Shown here: positions 10,136-20,256 of the stretch, one piece after another
How the letters are laid out: each line of letters begins with the position of its first letter
Position numbering within the stretch: position 1 is the first letter of the stretch
Translations under genes and position numbers: made by a program
Notes under the pieces: generated by a model
Told to the model about the DNA's origin: nothing
What the model saw: the letters and a program-made list of their open reading frames with translations, nothing else
Database searches by the model: none
Assembly (NCBI GenBank): GCA_964512835.1
Contig: CAZELA010000003.1
Coordinates: 15,516 to 79,515 of the forward strand
DNA from: an uncultured Candidatus Saccharibacteria bacterium
GTDB lineage: Bacteria; Patescibacteriota; Minisyncoccia; Phycocordibacterales; UBA2100
DNA: 64,000 nt
Direction of reading: 5' to 3'

Positions 10136-10591
10136 TTAGAACGGAATGTCGTCGGGGTTAATATCGTCTTTCGGGTAATCGATACCGGGGCCTGTGGACG
10201 GTGCCGGAGCATCATCCATATCATCGGCTTGGCTTCGAGACGAACCGCCTCCTCCGCCACCGCCGGACGATCGGGGTCCGAACTGGACCGTATCTGCTAT
10301 TACCTCGGTTCGGTATTTCTTTTCGCCGTTCTGCTCCCAGCTGCGTGTCTGCATGCGACCTTCTACGTACACTGAGCTTCCCTTCTTGAGATACTGATTG
10401 ACCGTGTCTGCTGTTCGGCCGAATACGACAACGTTATGAAAATCCGTCTGTTCCTGCTTCTTGCCGTCGCGATCCTTGTAGGTGCGGTTCGTCGCTACAG
10501 AAAAATTGCACACATTCATGCCGCTCGGAAGCGCGCGCAATTCGGGATCGCGCGTCAGATTGCCGAAGAGCATTGCCTTATTGAGATACAT
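10136..10591 (-). CDS. ssb: Single-stranded DNA-binding protein
   Basis: OB-fold 'MLFGNLTRDPELR...FHNVVVFGRTAD', Gly-rich linker and acidic C-terminal tip 'DDIPF'. Confidence 0.95.
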   Translation of the reverse strand: MYLNKAMLFGNLTRDPELRALPSGMNVCNFSVATNRTYKDRDGKKQEQTDFHNVVVFGRTADTVNQYLKKGSSVYVEGRMQTRSWEQNGEKKYRTEVIADTVQFGPRSSGGGGGGGSSRSQADDMDDAPAPSTGPGIDYPKDDINPDDIPF

Positions 10592-10593
10592 AG

Positions 10594-11109
10594 TTAGTCG
10601 TTCGTGATGTCCGAGAGAGCCTTGTCGAGGTCCTCTTCAGAAACCGGGGCGCTCTCCTCGTCGGGGCGCTTTGCTGTCGTCTTGATGGTGTCGGTTCGCT
10701 TTACCTCACGCAAGGTCGGTGCCTTCAGTCGTGCGCGAGTCTCCTCGCGTACGGTGCGGAATACGATGTGTCGGAGAATGCTCTTGTGTGCCTTGAGGAA
10801 GTTCTCTAGCGCCTCTGCTGTGCCCACCACAGCCTCGAACTTGAGCCAGCCGAAGTAGCCGCGGTCCTGTGTAGCCCACTTGTCGCCCTCGCGGGAGTCC
10901 ATGTCGTATGCAAGCTTGGTAAGAACCGGAGCCCCTTCTGCAATGAATGAGCCGCCTGCGTTCTCGATAACCGCACGGATCTCTCCGACAACCTTCTCTA
11001 CGTTCTCTTCTGCAACAGACGAAAGGATGTGATAGCCCGTCTCGTAAATACGGGTTGTCGCCGCGTCTTCTGCGGTTGTATCAACGGTCTGTACTGTATC
11101 TTCTGACAT
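10594..11109 (-). CDS. rpsF: 30S ribosomal protein S6 with a long C-terminal extension
   Basis: 'YETGYHILSS...' S6 fold in the conserved rpsF-ssb-rpsR arrangement. Start set at MSEDTVQ. Confidence 0.85.
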   Translation of the reverse strand: MSEDTVQTVDTTAEDAATTRIYETGYHILSSVAEENVEKVVGEIRAVIENAGGSFIAEGAPVLTKLAYDMDSREGDKWATQDRGYFGWLKFEAVVGTAEALENFLKAHKSILRHIVFRTVREETRARLKAPTLREVKRTDTIKTTAKRPDEESAPVSEEDLDKALSDITND

Positions 11110-11177
11110 ATCTTGTTTGTGGGGGCACTCTAACACAGGCCCCCTCATGAGGCAAGAATTAGGGCCAAGATCAGGCT

Positions 11178-11690
11178 CTAGAGGCTGAGCAGGGTCTTAA
11201 AGTTGCCGCGAAAACCCTCTCCCTCCCCTGAGGGCTCCTGCTGTTCGCCGTGCTTGAGTACAAACGCACCACTCTCTGAGAACACGCCGATTTCGTCGCC
11301 CGCGCCTGCGAACCAGCAGAGAGCGCCCGAAACCTCGCCGTCAGAGAGCGAACCGTTTGACCCGTCGATCTCAGCGCAACTGCCTTCGTAGGTACCCGCG
11401 TCATGGCTTGTACCGTCCCATGTTACGGTAACCTTCGTTTTCTGCGGCGTGCCGTCGTCCTTCGCTTCTGCAACAGTTTCGAACTTCCAACTCACCGCAT
11501 GCTTGCCAATCGAGTCACCGGGAGTGCCCTGTGGAGTGCCCTCAGAGGCACCATCAATCCCCTGCGGGGCCTCCTCTCCCGCGAAGCGCGGCGCCTGCTG
11601 CGCCCGGAACATAGGGTCGCCCGAATAGTAGGCAAATGCTCCGCCTGCAGCCAAAATAAGGACACACACGATCACGAGGTTTTTATTCAT
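11178..11690 (-). CDS. Hypothetical secreted protein
   Basis: N-terminal signal peptide MNKNLVIVCVLILAAGGAFA. No family recognised. Confidence 0.55.
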   Translation of the reverse strand: MNKNLVIVCVLILAAGGAFAYYSGDPMFRAQQAPRFAGEEAPQGIDGASEGTPQGTPGDSIGKHAVSWKFETVAEAKDDGTPQKTKVTVTWDGTSHDAGTYEGSCAEIDGSNGSLSDGEVSGALCWFAGAGDEIGVFSESGAFVLKHGEQQEPSGEGEGFRGNFKTLLSL

Positions 11691-11776
11691 ACCCGAATAC
11701 TAAAGCGCGTCCCGCAATTAGCAAGCAAAACAAACGGCGGCTGCCTGAGAAGCAACCGCCGGAATTGTGGAACGAA

Positions 11777-13048
11777 CTAACGCTTCATGGTTTGCGGATG
11801 CGCCTCACGATGCGCAATCTCTGCACACAGACAGAGGAGCTGTGATGCTTTTCGCACATCAGCAAGACTCGGATACGTGGGTGCGATACGGATATGGGAA
11901 TCCTCCGGATCCCCCTTCACGAACGCCGCGCCGGCGGGTGTCAGCAGGAGTCCGAGTCCCCGAGCGAGCTCGACGACGCGCCGAGCACTCCCTGTCTCCA
12001 TATAGAACGAGATAAAGTAGCCGCCATCGGGCATTTCCCACCGAGCAATCCCCTTTTTTCCGATCGCGCGTTCGAGCTCGTCACACACCACCTTGAACTT
12101 CGGCCGGATGATACGGGCGTGCTTGCGCATGTGTGCCCGGATTCCGCTGAGGTTCTTCAGGAACAGGACGTGACGAAGCTGTGTGAGCTTGTCGGGACCG
12201 ATCGTTTGAGCAGCCAGCCGTTTGCGGAACCACTCCAACGAACGCGGACTCGCCGCCAGCATTGAGATGCCGGCACTTGCGAACGTGACCTTCGAGAACG
12301 AGCCGAAGATCCAAAAACGGTCTTCGGTCTTTGCCTCGCGTGCCAGCTTCATGATGTCGATGTCAGGCCGCGTGAGCGCACCAAGATGGTGCTCACGATA
12401 CGCGTCATCCCACATCACGATGAATCGGCCGTTCTTCGGCTTTAGTTCTGCAATCGCGCGCGAGACCGAGCGCGAATACGAAACTCCGGTCGGATTTGAA
12501 TACCGCGGCATGCACCACATACCGACAACGTCCGGATCCTGGATGCGATCCCTCACGATGTCCATGTCCGGACCGTTCTCGTTCATCGGTACCGGCACCA
12601 TGCCGATTCCGAGATTCCGCAAGATCTGAAAGTGCCGATCGTATCCCGGCTCCGGACAGATGAACTTCGGACTCCCCGCAGACCATCCGCCACGGAGCAT
12701 GTGCTCGGTTATCACCGAATACATGAGTTGCAGGCTCGAATTGCCGGTCACCAGCGTATTCTCCGGTCGCGTACCCAGGTATGCCGCGCAGAGCTTCCGT
12801 GCTTCCGGCAAACCGTCGAGGTGCGGACTGTAATTGCGACAGTCGAAACCGTCCTTCGACCGGAACTCGCCGATGGCGAGCATTGCGTTCGAGAGGCTCA
12901 ACTGTTCCTCGCTCGGTTTGCCCCGAGTCATATCAAGACTCAGTCCTTCGCGCTTGTGCGCGTCGTACCGTGCCCACAGGTCGTCCAGGTGGAGCCTGGC
13001 AGCACTCGGTGAATCCAACATCGTTCGCCCTTTCTGTTTGTTGACCAT
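11777..13048 (-). CDS. PLP-dependent aminotransferase, class I/II fold
   Basis: Length and motifs ('GSFSKVTFASAGISM' around the PLP lysine, 'SNPTG'). Specific substrate not determinable from sequence. Confidence 0.8.
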   Translation of the reverse strand: MVNKQKGRTMLDSPSAARLHLDDLWARYDAHKREGLSLDMTRGKPSEEQLSLSNAMLAIGEFRSKDGFDCRNYSPHLDGLPEARKLCAAYLGTRPENTLVTGNSSLQLMYSVITEHMLRGGWSAGSPKFICPEPGYDRHFQILRNLGIGMVPVPMNENGPDMDIVRDRIQDPDVVGMWCMPRYSNPTGVSYSRSVSRAIAELKPKNGRFIVMWDDAYREHHLGALTRPDIDIMKLAREAKTEDRFWIFGSFSKVTFASAGISMLAASPRSLEWFRKRLAAQTIGPDKLTQLRHVLFLKNLSGIRAHMRKHARIIRPKFKVVCDELERAIGKKGIARWEMPDGGYFISFYMETGSARRVVELARGLGLLLTPAGAAFVKGDPEDSHIRIAPTYPSLADVRKASQLLCLCAEIAHREAHPQTMKR

Positions 13049-13094
13049 TTGGTTCTATTTTGACTAAACCATAGGCCTCCTACCGAGTAAAGGT

Positions 13095-13904
13095 TCAGAT
13101 CTTGAACACGCGGTTCGCGTTTTTGAGCAACTGCTGCCGTACGAATTCCTCGTCCTCGCCGCGAATACCGGCAATCGCTTGTACGATGTACGGGATATAC
13201 GACGATTCATTGCGCTTGCCCCGAAACGGTACGGGCGTGATGTACGGCGCATCGGTTTCGGAGAGGATCATGTCGAGCGGCGCGTTCTTCACAACCTCGT
13301 CGTAGTCGTGTGTAAACGTGAGTACGCCGGTGAACGAAAGCGTGAATCCGATATCGAGGAACTTTTTTGCCATGTCCCAATCCCCTGCGAAGAAATGAAC
13401 GTCGCCCGTTACTTTCGTATGGGCTTTTAATACTTCGAGTGCGTCTTCGTACGCGTTACGGATATGAAGCATGAGCGGTTTACCCGTCTTGTTTGCAAGC
13501 TCTATGTGCTCGATAAACGCTTTTGTCTGGACGTCCTTGGTCGTTTCTTCGACGCGATAGTAATCCAACCCGCACTCACCAATGGCAATGACCTTTGGCG
13601 ACGCAGCCAATGCCTCATATGCCGCGGCATCAAACTGTTCACCACGTGAGGTGAACTCCTTTCCGCCCTCCCCCAACTCCTTTTCATCGTGGTAGGACTT
13701 GGCCGTATGCACCGGATGCAAACCGATCGTCGCATATATGCCGTCATGTTTCTCGGCGAGCTCCACAGCTTCACGAGATGTGTCGATCTGTGTACCCACA
13801 ACATTCATGCCGACACCTGCGTCGAACGCGCGCTTGATGACCTCGTCGCGGTCGTCTTTGTACGCCACGAAGTTGACGTGGGTATGAGCGTCGAAATATT
13901 TCAT
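13095..13904 (-). CDS. tatD: TatD-family metal-dependent hydrolase/DNase
   Basis: 'MKYFDAHTHVNF...' TatD signature. Start moved to MKYFDAH, 2 nt downstream of the metG stop. Confidence 0.88.
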   Translation of the reverse strand: MKYFDAHTHVNFVAYKDDRDEVIKRAFDAGVGMNVVGTQIDTSREAVELAEKHDGIYATIGLHPVHTAKSYHDEKELGEGGKEFTSRGEQFDAAAYEALAASPKVIAIGECGLDYYRVEETTKDVQTKAFIEHIELANKTGKPLMLHIRNAYEDALEVLKAHTKVTGDVHFFAGDWDMAKKFLDIGFTLSFTGVLTFTHDYDEVVKNAPLDMILSETDAPYITPVPFRGKRNESSYIPYIVQAIAGIRGEDEEFVRQQLLKNANRVFKI

Positions 13905-13906
13905 GG

Positions 13907-15355
13907 CTAGTCTTTGCGCTGAAACAGGTTCTCGGGTTTTTTGTTTGCAAGGATCGCATCCTTTATCGCGTCTGCGGTTTTGGGCATGAGCGGGCGCATA
14001 AGAAGCGAAATATCCCACAGATCGCTCACTAGGCTCGCAATCATGTTTTTGCCTTCTTCCACATCGGCCTTTATGACACTGAACGGTCTCGTGTTGGTGA
14101 TTTTTTCGTCGACAACGCGTACGGAACGCATGATCTCCATCGCTGCGGTCTGGAAATCGTATCTGTCCATTGCATCAGTAAATTCATTCGGTATGGGAAT
14201 ACTATTTCCACCGGAAACATCCACGGAATCCGGGCACGCGTCGAGATTCTTTTCTGCCAGATTCATAATGCGCGACGCAAGGTTGCCGATACCATTTGCG
14301 AGGTCGGCATTGTAGGCTTCTTTGAAGCGCTCCATCGTAAAATCGCTGTCATCGAACGGATGGATGTGTCGCAGCAGGAAATAGCGCACGGCATCGGTGC
14401 CGTACTCGTCAACGAGCGTATATGGCTCGATCACGTTACCGAGACTTTTTGACATCTTCTGCCCTCCGCTCGTGATGAACCCGTGATAGAGCACGCGATC
14501 GGTCGTCGGTAGCGACGCCGACATAAGCATCGCCTGCCACATAATCGACTGAAAACGCACCTGATCCTTGCCCGCGATTTGCAGCGTGAAGCCCTTTTCC
14601 CAGAAATTCTTGTAGAACCCTTCGCTATCATCCGGCCACCCGAGCGTAGAAATGTAATTCGTGAGCGCATCGAACCACACATACATAACCTGTGATTCAT
14701 CGCCCGGAACCGGAATTCCCCAATCCATGCGCGAGGTTTCGCGAGAAATGCTGAAATCCTCAAGACCCTTCTGTACAAAATTCACCGCCTCCTGACGGCG
14801 CCACTCCGGAACGATCACTCCCTCTTTTTGCAGATACTGCAGGATCGATTCCTGATAGCGACTGAGACGGAAGAAATAGTTTTCTTCCTCGATCTCCTGC
14901 AATTCCATGTTGGGATGATTGGGGCACTTTCCGTCCACAATGTCGCTCTCGGTCAGGAACGCTTCGTCACCCACACAATAGAGACCTTTGTACTTCTTTT
15001 TGTAGATATCCCCCGCCGCTTCGCAGCGTTTCCAGAGCTCCTGCGCGGCCTTGATATGTCGCTCGTCGGTGGTACGGATGAACGCGTCGTACGAGAGGTC
15101 GAGCGCTCTCTGCAATTTACGGAACTGGCCTGCAAAGTGATCGACATATTCTTGTACGTCGCGACCCTCTTCTTTCGCCTTTTGGTAGATCTTTTGACCG
15201 TGCTCGTCGGTACCGGTCGTGAAGAAGACCGTGTCCCCCATGAGACGGCGGTATCGTACGATCGCATCGGCCTGCACACTCTCAAGCGCGAAGCCGATGT
15301 GCGGATCCGCGTTCACGTACGGAAGCGTGGTTGTGAGATAAAAGTTTTTGCTCAT
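13907..15355 (-). CDS. metG: Methionyl-tRNA synthetase, minimal form (482 aa, no C-terminal tRNA-binding domain)
   Basis: 'PYVNADPHIGFA' (HIGH) and 'KMSKSLGNV' (KMSKS) motifs and MetRS-wide conservation. It ends right after the anticodon-binding domain. Confidence 0.95.
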   Translation of the reverse strand: MSKNFYLTTTLPYVNADPHIGFALESVQADAIVRYRRLMGDTVFFTTGTDEHGQKIYQKAKEEGRDVQEYVDHFAGQFRKLQRALDLSYDAFIRTTDERHIKAAQELWKRCEAAGDIYKKKYKGLYCVGDEAFLTESDIVDGKCPNHPNMELQEIEEENYFFRLSRYQESILQYLQKEGVIVPEWRRQEAVNFVQKGLEDFSISRETSRMDWGIPVPGDESQVMYVWFDALTNYISTLGWPDDSEGFYKNFWEKGFTLQIAGKDQVRFQSIMWQAMLMSASLPTTDRVLYHGFITSGGQKMSKSLGNVIEPYTLVDEYGTDAVRYFLLRHIHPFDDSDFTMERFKEAYNADLANGIGNLASRIMNLAEKNLDACPDSVDVSGGNSIPIPNEFTDAMDRYDFQTAAMEIMRSVRVVDEKITNTRPFSVIKADVEEGKNMIASLVSDLWDISLLMRPLMPKTADAIKDAILANKKPENLFQRKD

Positions 15356-15364
15356 ACCCCACGA

Positions 15365-16429
15365 CTATGCAACCTCATGCTCGTGTTTGGCAAGCCGACC
15401 CGTTTCGATGTCTTTAACAAGCTCCTGGAGCGTTGCTGCAACCGGCACCGAGAGGATAACGCCGAGGAACCCTGCGAGTTCTGCGCCGATGATGAGCGCG
15501 AGGATCACAAGCAGCGGCGGCACTCCCACCACCCGCGTAACCACGAGCGGATAGATCAGGTGGTTTTCAAATTGCTGGATAACGATGAATATCACAACGA
15601 CCGTGATGCCGAGTGCGGGACCGCCGGAGACGAATCCGATAATCACCGCCGGCGTCGCAGCAAGAATCGGACCGAAGACGGGAATGATTTCAAAGAACGC
15701 CGCGATGACCGCGAGCACGAGCGCATTCGGTACGCCCAAGAATTCGAGCGCCAAATACACGAAAATGCCGATAAGCAACCCAAGGATCACCTGCCCCTGC
15801 ATCCAGAGCCCGATCTTGTGCTGTGACCGCTTCCAGAGACCGAGCATATAATCGCGATGTGATTTCGGCGTAACGATGCGGATGAAGTCATCGACTCCGG
15901 TCTCAACGACGGCAAAGTAGAACGAGAATACGACGATGAGCACGAATGAGAACACGCCGCCGAATATCTTTGTGGCAGTCGCGAACGTATTGTCATCGAG
16001 TCCGAAGTCGAATGCACTGCGGAAACTCATGATCACATCGCTCCCGGAAAGACTTGCCGCCGAGGGCAGGCCCAGGATATTGGAGTACGCAATGTAGGCG
16101 CTCGTCTGTGTGAATGAGTCAAGGTACCCGGGAAGCGACGCGGCAAATTTTCCGAAGTCTTTCAATATCGACGGGAAGAAGAAATAAAACAGCAGGAAAA
16201 ACAACCCGAACATGAACAGATAGATGAGAAGCACGGCAAGTACACGAGGTATTTTGCGTCGGGATAGCTGCCGTACCGCAGGTTCAACCGCCGACGAAAT
16301 GACGACCGCCGTGAGCACCACCAATACAAGGTGGCGCAACACAAACAGGAGCCACGCGAGCGCGAGGACGACGATGGTCTTGAGGAGTGTGCCGGTCGAG
16401 ATCGTAACGTGCAGTGAACGGTCTTCCAT
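15365..16429 (-). CDS. AI-2E family transporter (PerM/YdiK/UPF0118)
   Basis: 8-TM architecture and family conservation throughout. Confidence 0.8.
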   Translation of the reverse strand: MEDRSLHVTISTGTLLKTIVVLALAWLLFVLRHLVLVVLTAVVISSAVEPAVRQLSRRKIPRVLAVLLIYLFMFGLFFLLFYFFFPSILKDFGKFAASLPGYLDSFTQTSAYIAYSNILGLPSAASLSGSDVIMSFRSAFDFGLDDNTFATATKIFGGVFSFVLIVVFSFYFAVVETGVDDFIRIVTPKSHRDYMLGLWKRSQHKIGLWMQGQVILGLLIGIFVYLALEFLGVPNALVLAVIAAFFEIIPVFGPILAATPAVIIGFVSGGPALGITVVVIFIVIQQFENHLIYPLVVTRVVGVPPLLVILALIIGAELAGFLGVILSVPVAATLQELVKDIETGRLAKHEHEVA

Positions 16430-16458
16430 GCACGCATCCTAGCACGCACGTACGATTT

Positions 16459-17832
16459 TTAGGCGATCTTTGCCTTGAGATCAGCGATAGAGATGCGCTC
16501 CTGGGCACCGGTATCGCGGTCACGGACCGTAACCGTATCTTTCAGATCCGGAGTCTCACCAAGGGTGTCGAAATCGATCGTAATGCAGTACGGGGTGCCG
16601 ATCTCATCCTGTCGTCGGTACCGCTTGCCGATGTTGCCGTTGTCGTCCCACATGATCTGCGGAACCTCCTTTTTGAGCATCAAGAACACCTCGCGCGCCT
16701 TTGTGACGAGTTCGGGCTTATTTTTGAGAAGCGGAAATACCGCAGCCTTTACCGGAGCGACCGCCTTGTTGAACCTGAGGAATACGCGCGTCTCGCCGTT
16801 CTGTTCGTCTTCCGAATATGCGTCTGAAAGGACCGCGAGCAGGAGGCGTCCGACGCCGAACGTCGGCTCGATGACATGCGGAATTAGTTTGTCCCCCGCC
16901 ACGTCATCCTGAAACTCAAGGTTCTGACTCGAACCCTCTTGGTGCGCAGACAGGTCGTAGTCGGTTCGGTACGCAAGCCCGAGCAACTCCTTCTGACCGA
17001 ACGGAAAATCAAACTCCGTATCGACGCTGTGTTTTGAATAGTGCGCACGGTCCTCAGCCGGAACGTCCACCGGATGGATCTTCGACGGCGTAAGTCCGAG
17101 ATCATCCTGCAGGAACGACATTTGTTCCGCTTCGAAGGCCTTGAAGTGTTTCTCCCAGTCCTCCGGTCGGACGAAATACTCGATCTCCATTTGTTCGAGC
17201 TCCCGCACACGAAAAATAAAGTCACGCGGAGCAATCTCGTTTCGGAACGCCTTGCCGATCTGGGCGATACCGAACGGCAGTTTCGGATGGAACGAGTCGA
17301 CGACATTCTTGAAGTTAACAAAGATCCCCTGCGCGGTTTCCGGACGGAGGTACGATACCGACGATTCGTCTTCTGTCGCACCGATGTGCGTTTTGAACAT
17401 CATATTGAACTGACGCACGTCACCGAGCTGATTACCCTCAGGACTCTTGATCCCCTTCTCTTTGATCGCCGCATCCATCTGCGACAGATTCATTCCTTTC
17501 GGATCAATACCTGCATCCTCAAGTAAGTGATCGGCCCGGTAGCGGCGCTTCGTCTTTTGGTCTTCGACGAGCGGATCATTGAATCCTCCTACATGACCCG
17601 AGGACTTCCACACCTCTTGGTTCATGAGAATCGCCGCGTCGAGACCGTACATATCCTCGCGATCGAGAACGAATTTCTTCCACCAGAGGTTTTCGATATT
17701 TTTCTTGAGCGCGACACCAAGCGGACCGTAGTCCCATGTTCCGGCAAGACCGCCGTAGATCTCGGAGCCCTGGTAGATAAAGCCGCGACGCTTCGCGAGC
17801 GAGATGATTTTTTCCATTGAAACGTCAGCCAT
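16459..17832 (-). CDS. glyQS: Glycyl-tRNA synthetase (alpha2 dimeric type)
   Basis: 'SMEKIISLAKRRGFIYQGSEIYGGLAGTWDYGPLG' canonical GlyRS N-terminus and class II motifs. Start set at MADVSMEK. Confidence 0.95.
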   Translation of the reverse strand: MADVSMEKIISLAKRRGFIYQGSEIYGGLAGTWDYGPLGVALKKNIENLWWKKFVLDREDMYGLDAAILMNQEVWKSSGHVGGFNDPLVEDQKTKRRYRADHLLEDAGIDPKGMNLSQMDAAIKEKGIKSPEGNQLGDVRQFNMMFKTHIGATEDESSVSYLRPETAQGIFVNFKNVVDSFHPKLPFGIAQIGKAFRNEIAPRDFIFRVRELEQMEIEYFVRPEDWEKHFKAFEAEQMSFLQDDLGLTPSKIHPVDVPAEDRAHYSKHSVDTEFDFPFGQKELLGLAYRTDYDLSAHQEGSSQNLEFQDDVAGDKLIPHVIEPTFGVGRLLLAVLSDAYSEDEQNGETRVFLRFNKAVAPVKAAVFPLLKNKPELVTKAREVFLMLKKEVPQIMWDDNGNIGKRYRRQDEIGTPYCITIDFDTLGETPDLKDTVTVRDRDTGAQERISIADLKAKIA

Positions 17833-17868
17833 ATCCAGAGAGTCTACCCAAGCGCCGCCGTTTAACAA

Positions 17869-19908
17869 CTACTTAACGACGGTTGCCTGCGCGGGCAGGA
17901 AGCCCGCATCCGGACGCACGGTTTGACTGGTCGATGTCTTACCGATCTGACCCAGATTCGTGGTGACATCCGGCTCGGTCTTTCGGGTGACTGCTGCACC
18001 CGTCGCTTCGTCGATACCGGTCAGGGTGACGTCCTGCACCAGCACCGGCTGATCCCCGATCTGACTTGTCGAAGGCGTGAGTCCGACCGAAATCGCTATC
18101 TGTCGCGGCTGCGTACCGTTCACGCCCACCCCCGGCTCAACCGATCCGAGGTCCCATGTGAATGTGCCGTTGTATTGGTTAAACGTCAGGTTCTCGCTAC
18201 GCGGCGCATGTGAGCCGATCCACCGAACGTACGTCGGCAATTTCGCCGTAAGTTTTGCATTCGTCAGTTTACTGGTCGTGTTGGTAACGGTGAATACGAG
18301 CGCGTAGGCAGTCTCCTCCCCGGCCTTCGGAGGCAACGGTCCGGCGACCCCGAACGGATTCTGCGCATACAACGCCTGAGAAGCGAGCTGCAAGTCTGAC
18401 GCAAGACGCACCTGTGCACGCGCGGTCGACTGCAGATTCTGCGGCACGCCCGTTTCCGAAAGACGCTTTCCGGCAGCGTTGACACTGATGTCGATCTTCG
18501 GATCGCTCGATGATGTATTCGGCGCAGGCATAGTAAACGAGAATGAGACGATACCGCGTGCTCCGGGAATCAATGCCTTGAGCGTTCCGTTGGTCGTACT
18601 CTTGTCCCAGATGACCGTGTCATCGGACGAGCGGTAGAATCCGTCGTTCACGCGGACTTTTTCTCCGTCGATCCCGAGCCCAGAAAGTCGCGCAACGATT
18701 ACCGCGTCGTCGATCTCGACTGAAAGATTGTTTTTATATTCGATGGAAACCGTCACGGTAGAGCCGGGTGCCGCAATCGGTACGCTTTTTGTCGGCTGTG
18801 TCTCGAAGTCGCTCGCTGCTTCGGCGGCCTGCGAAGTATTCGTCGAGATCGCGAGCCCGAGGAATGCCTGTGCGATACGCATCTCGTACGAATTCGACGC
18901 CAGTTTTGTGGTGACGGCGGTCGACGTAGAGTTTCGCGAACCCGCGGTCACGCGGAACACGCGTTTATCTCCCTGTTCCCCGGAGAGCGTCCCCTGCACG
19001 AGAATCGACTTCCGTTGACCGGGGGTGAAGTCGCCCAAAAGCCAGGTACTCCCTTTCGACGGACCGGGAGACGCGCTGGAGAATTTAAATCCGAACGGGT
19101 ACGTCATATCGACGACCACGTCGCGCAGCGGCGCGCTCGCATTCGACGCAACACTGACCGTGAACTGTACCGGCTGACCGGAGGTCGTCTGATTGTTACC
19201 GTCGATGGAAATCGACAGCGGCGACGATGTGAATGTGAGCGCATAATCGCGGTCGGCAACGAAAATGGCGCTCGATCCCTGAACACGGTATTCGAGCTCT
19301 ACTTTTACATTACCGCTTTGACCGCCTGAGCCTGAAAAGACCGCAGATATCGTTCCCTGTCTCCTGCCGCCCGGCTCGATGGTACCGAGCGACTGACGCA
19401 GGCTCGGTAGGTCGGTGGAGAAATCCGCGACCGAACGTGTGCCGGGCGGAAACGTAACAAGCAGGTCGGCGAGCTCGAGCGGGACCCGGTTCCTGTTCAC
19501 GACCGTGATCTGAAGTTCAACCGGCTCACCTCCCGCCACCTGCGGCGGTCCGGAGACGCTGATATCGATATTGCCGGGGTTCGCCGGATGCGACCCGCCG
19601 CCGAGCAAAAAGTAATACCCGAAGAACAGCGCCGCGCCGATGAAAAAGACCATGGATGCCACCAAGAGCCATCGGAGTATTGCGCGCGTGGTACCGATGA
19701 ACGGCGGAGCGACTTTCATTTTATCCATCTTCGGCTCCGGCATTTTCCAGTCGTCGGAAACGAGCTCTCGGTCATGTTCCAATTCGCGGCGTGGCCGTTC
19801 ATGCAGCTGTTCGGAGATCTTGCGTGAGTACATCGCTCGTCGCAGCTGCTCGATCCGTTCCTGTTCATGATCGGGAGGATTCATCGGGTCCATTCTACCA
19901 TCGGACAT
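17869..19908 (-). CDS. Large membrane-anchored protein: cytoplasmic Glu/Arg-rich N-terminus, one TM helix, ~570-aa extracellular beta-rich repeat region
   Basis: Start moved to MSDGRMDP (ATG with rc 'cat' at 19906-19908). The TM segment is 'ILRWLLVASMVFFIGAALFFGYYFLL'. The extracellular part is Ser/Thr/Gly/Val-rich, resembling DUF11/CARDB-type repeats (family call uncertain). Confidence 0.65.
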   Translation of the reverse strand: MSDGRMDPMNPPDHEQERIEQLRRAMYSRKISEQLHERPRRELEHDRELVSDDWKMPEPKMDKMKVAPPFIGTTRAILRWLLVASMVFFIGAALFFGYYFLLGGGSHPANPGNIDISVSGPPQVAGGEPVELQITVVNRNRVPLELADLLVTFPPGTRSVADFSTDLPSLRQSLGTIEPGGRRQGTISAVFSGSGGQSGNVKVELEYRVQGSSAIFVADRDYALTFTSSPLSISIDGNNQTTSGQPVQFTVSVASNASAPLRDVVVDMTYPFGFKFSSASPGPSKGSTWLLGDFTPGQRKSILVQGTLSGEQGDKRVFRVTAGSRNSTSTAVTTKLASNSYEMRIAQAFLGLAISTNTSQAAEAASDFETQPTKSVPIAAPGSTVTVSIEYKNNLSVEIDDAVIVARLSGLGIDGEKVRVNDGFYRSSDDTVIWDKSTTNGTLKALIPGARGIVSFSFTMPAPNTSSSDPKIDISVNAAGKRLSETGVPQNLQSTARAQVRLASDLQLASQALYAQNPFGVAGPLPPKAGEETAYALVFTVTNTTSKLTNAKLTAKLPTYVRWIGSHAPRSENLTFNQYNGTFTWDLGSVEPGVGVNGTQPRQIAISVGLTPSTSQIGDQPVLVQDVTLTGIDEATGAAVTRKTEPDVTTNLGQIGKTSTSQTVRPDAGFLPAQATVVK

Positions 19909-20014
19909 GCTTGACGGTTCCTCATTATCGCGTTTTGATGGACAGCGGCGTATCGAGTATCGATAAATGATTTTTGGTGAACGAATGTGGGAACACGCGA
20001 CATGGGAGCAGTGA

Positions 20015-20242
20015 GTGAAGATCACAGTGCGGCTGGCAATGTTGGGATCATCATCCCGAAAACCTATCAAGGGTGAGCTGGAAGTAATGGGGCCGTGTGA
20101 CACCGGAAGTATCGTGACAACGGTGACCGGTGCCATTATAGGTAAAATGAGTCGCGTTCTCGCCGTCGGCGGGATCGAGATCGAAGTAGAACCGTCGGTG
20201 TACGAACACTATCAAAAACAAGGCTGGAAGGACGCGTACTGA
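20015..20242 (+). CDS. Small hypothetical protein (75 aa)
   Basis: Sits in the 376-bp aclA/upstream intergenic region with a GGGAGCAG-type RBS and a strong terminator after the stop (GCCGCCGGA-gat-TCCGGCGGC plus TTTTATTTTT, 20257..20283). Codon usage matches neighbouring genes. Confidence 0.5.
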   Translation: MKITVRLAMLGSSSRKPIKGELEVMGPCDTGSIVTTVTGAIIGKMSRVLAVGGIEIEVEPSVYEHYQKQGWKDAY

Positions 20243-20256
20243 ACGCGAGCACCGCC

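Noticed and set aside
14828-15826. 332-aa plus-strand ORF
   Set aside because: It is antisense to metG and the AI-2E transporter, which are confidently identified. Its composition is Arg/His-rich.
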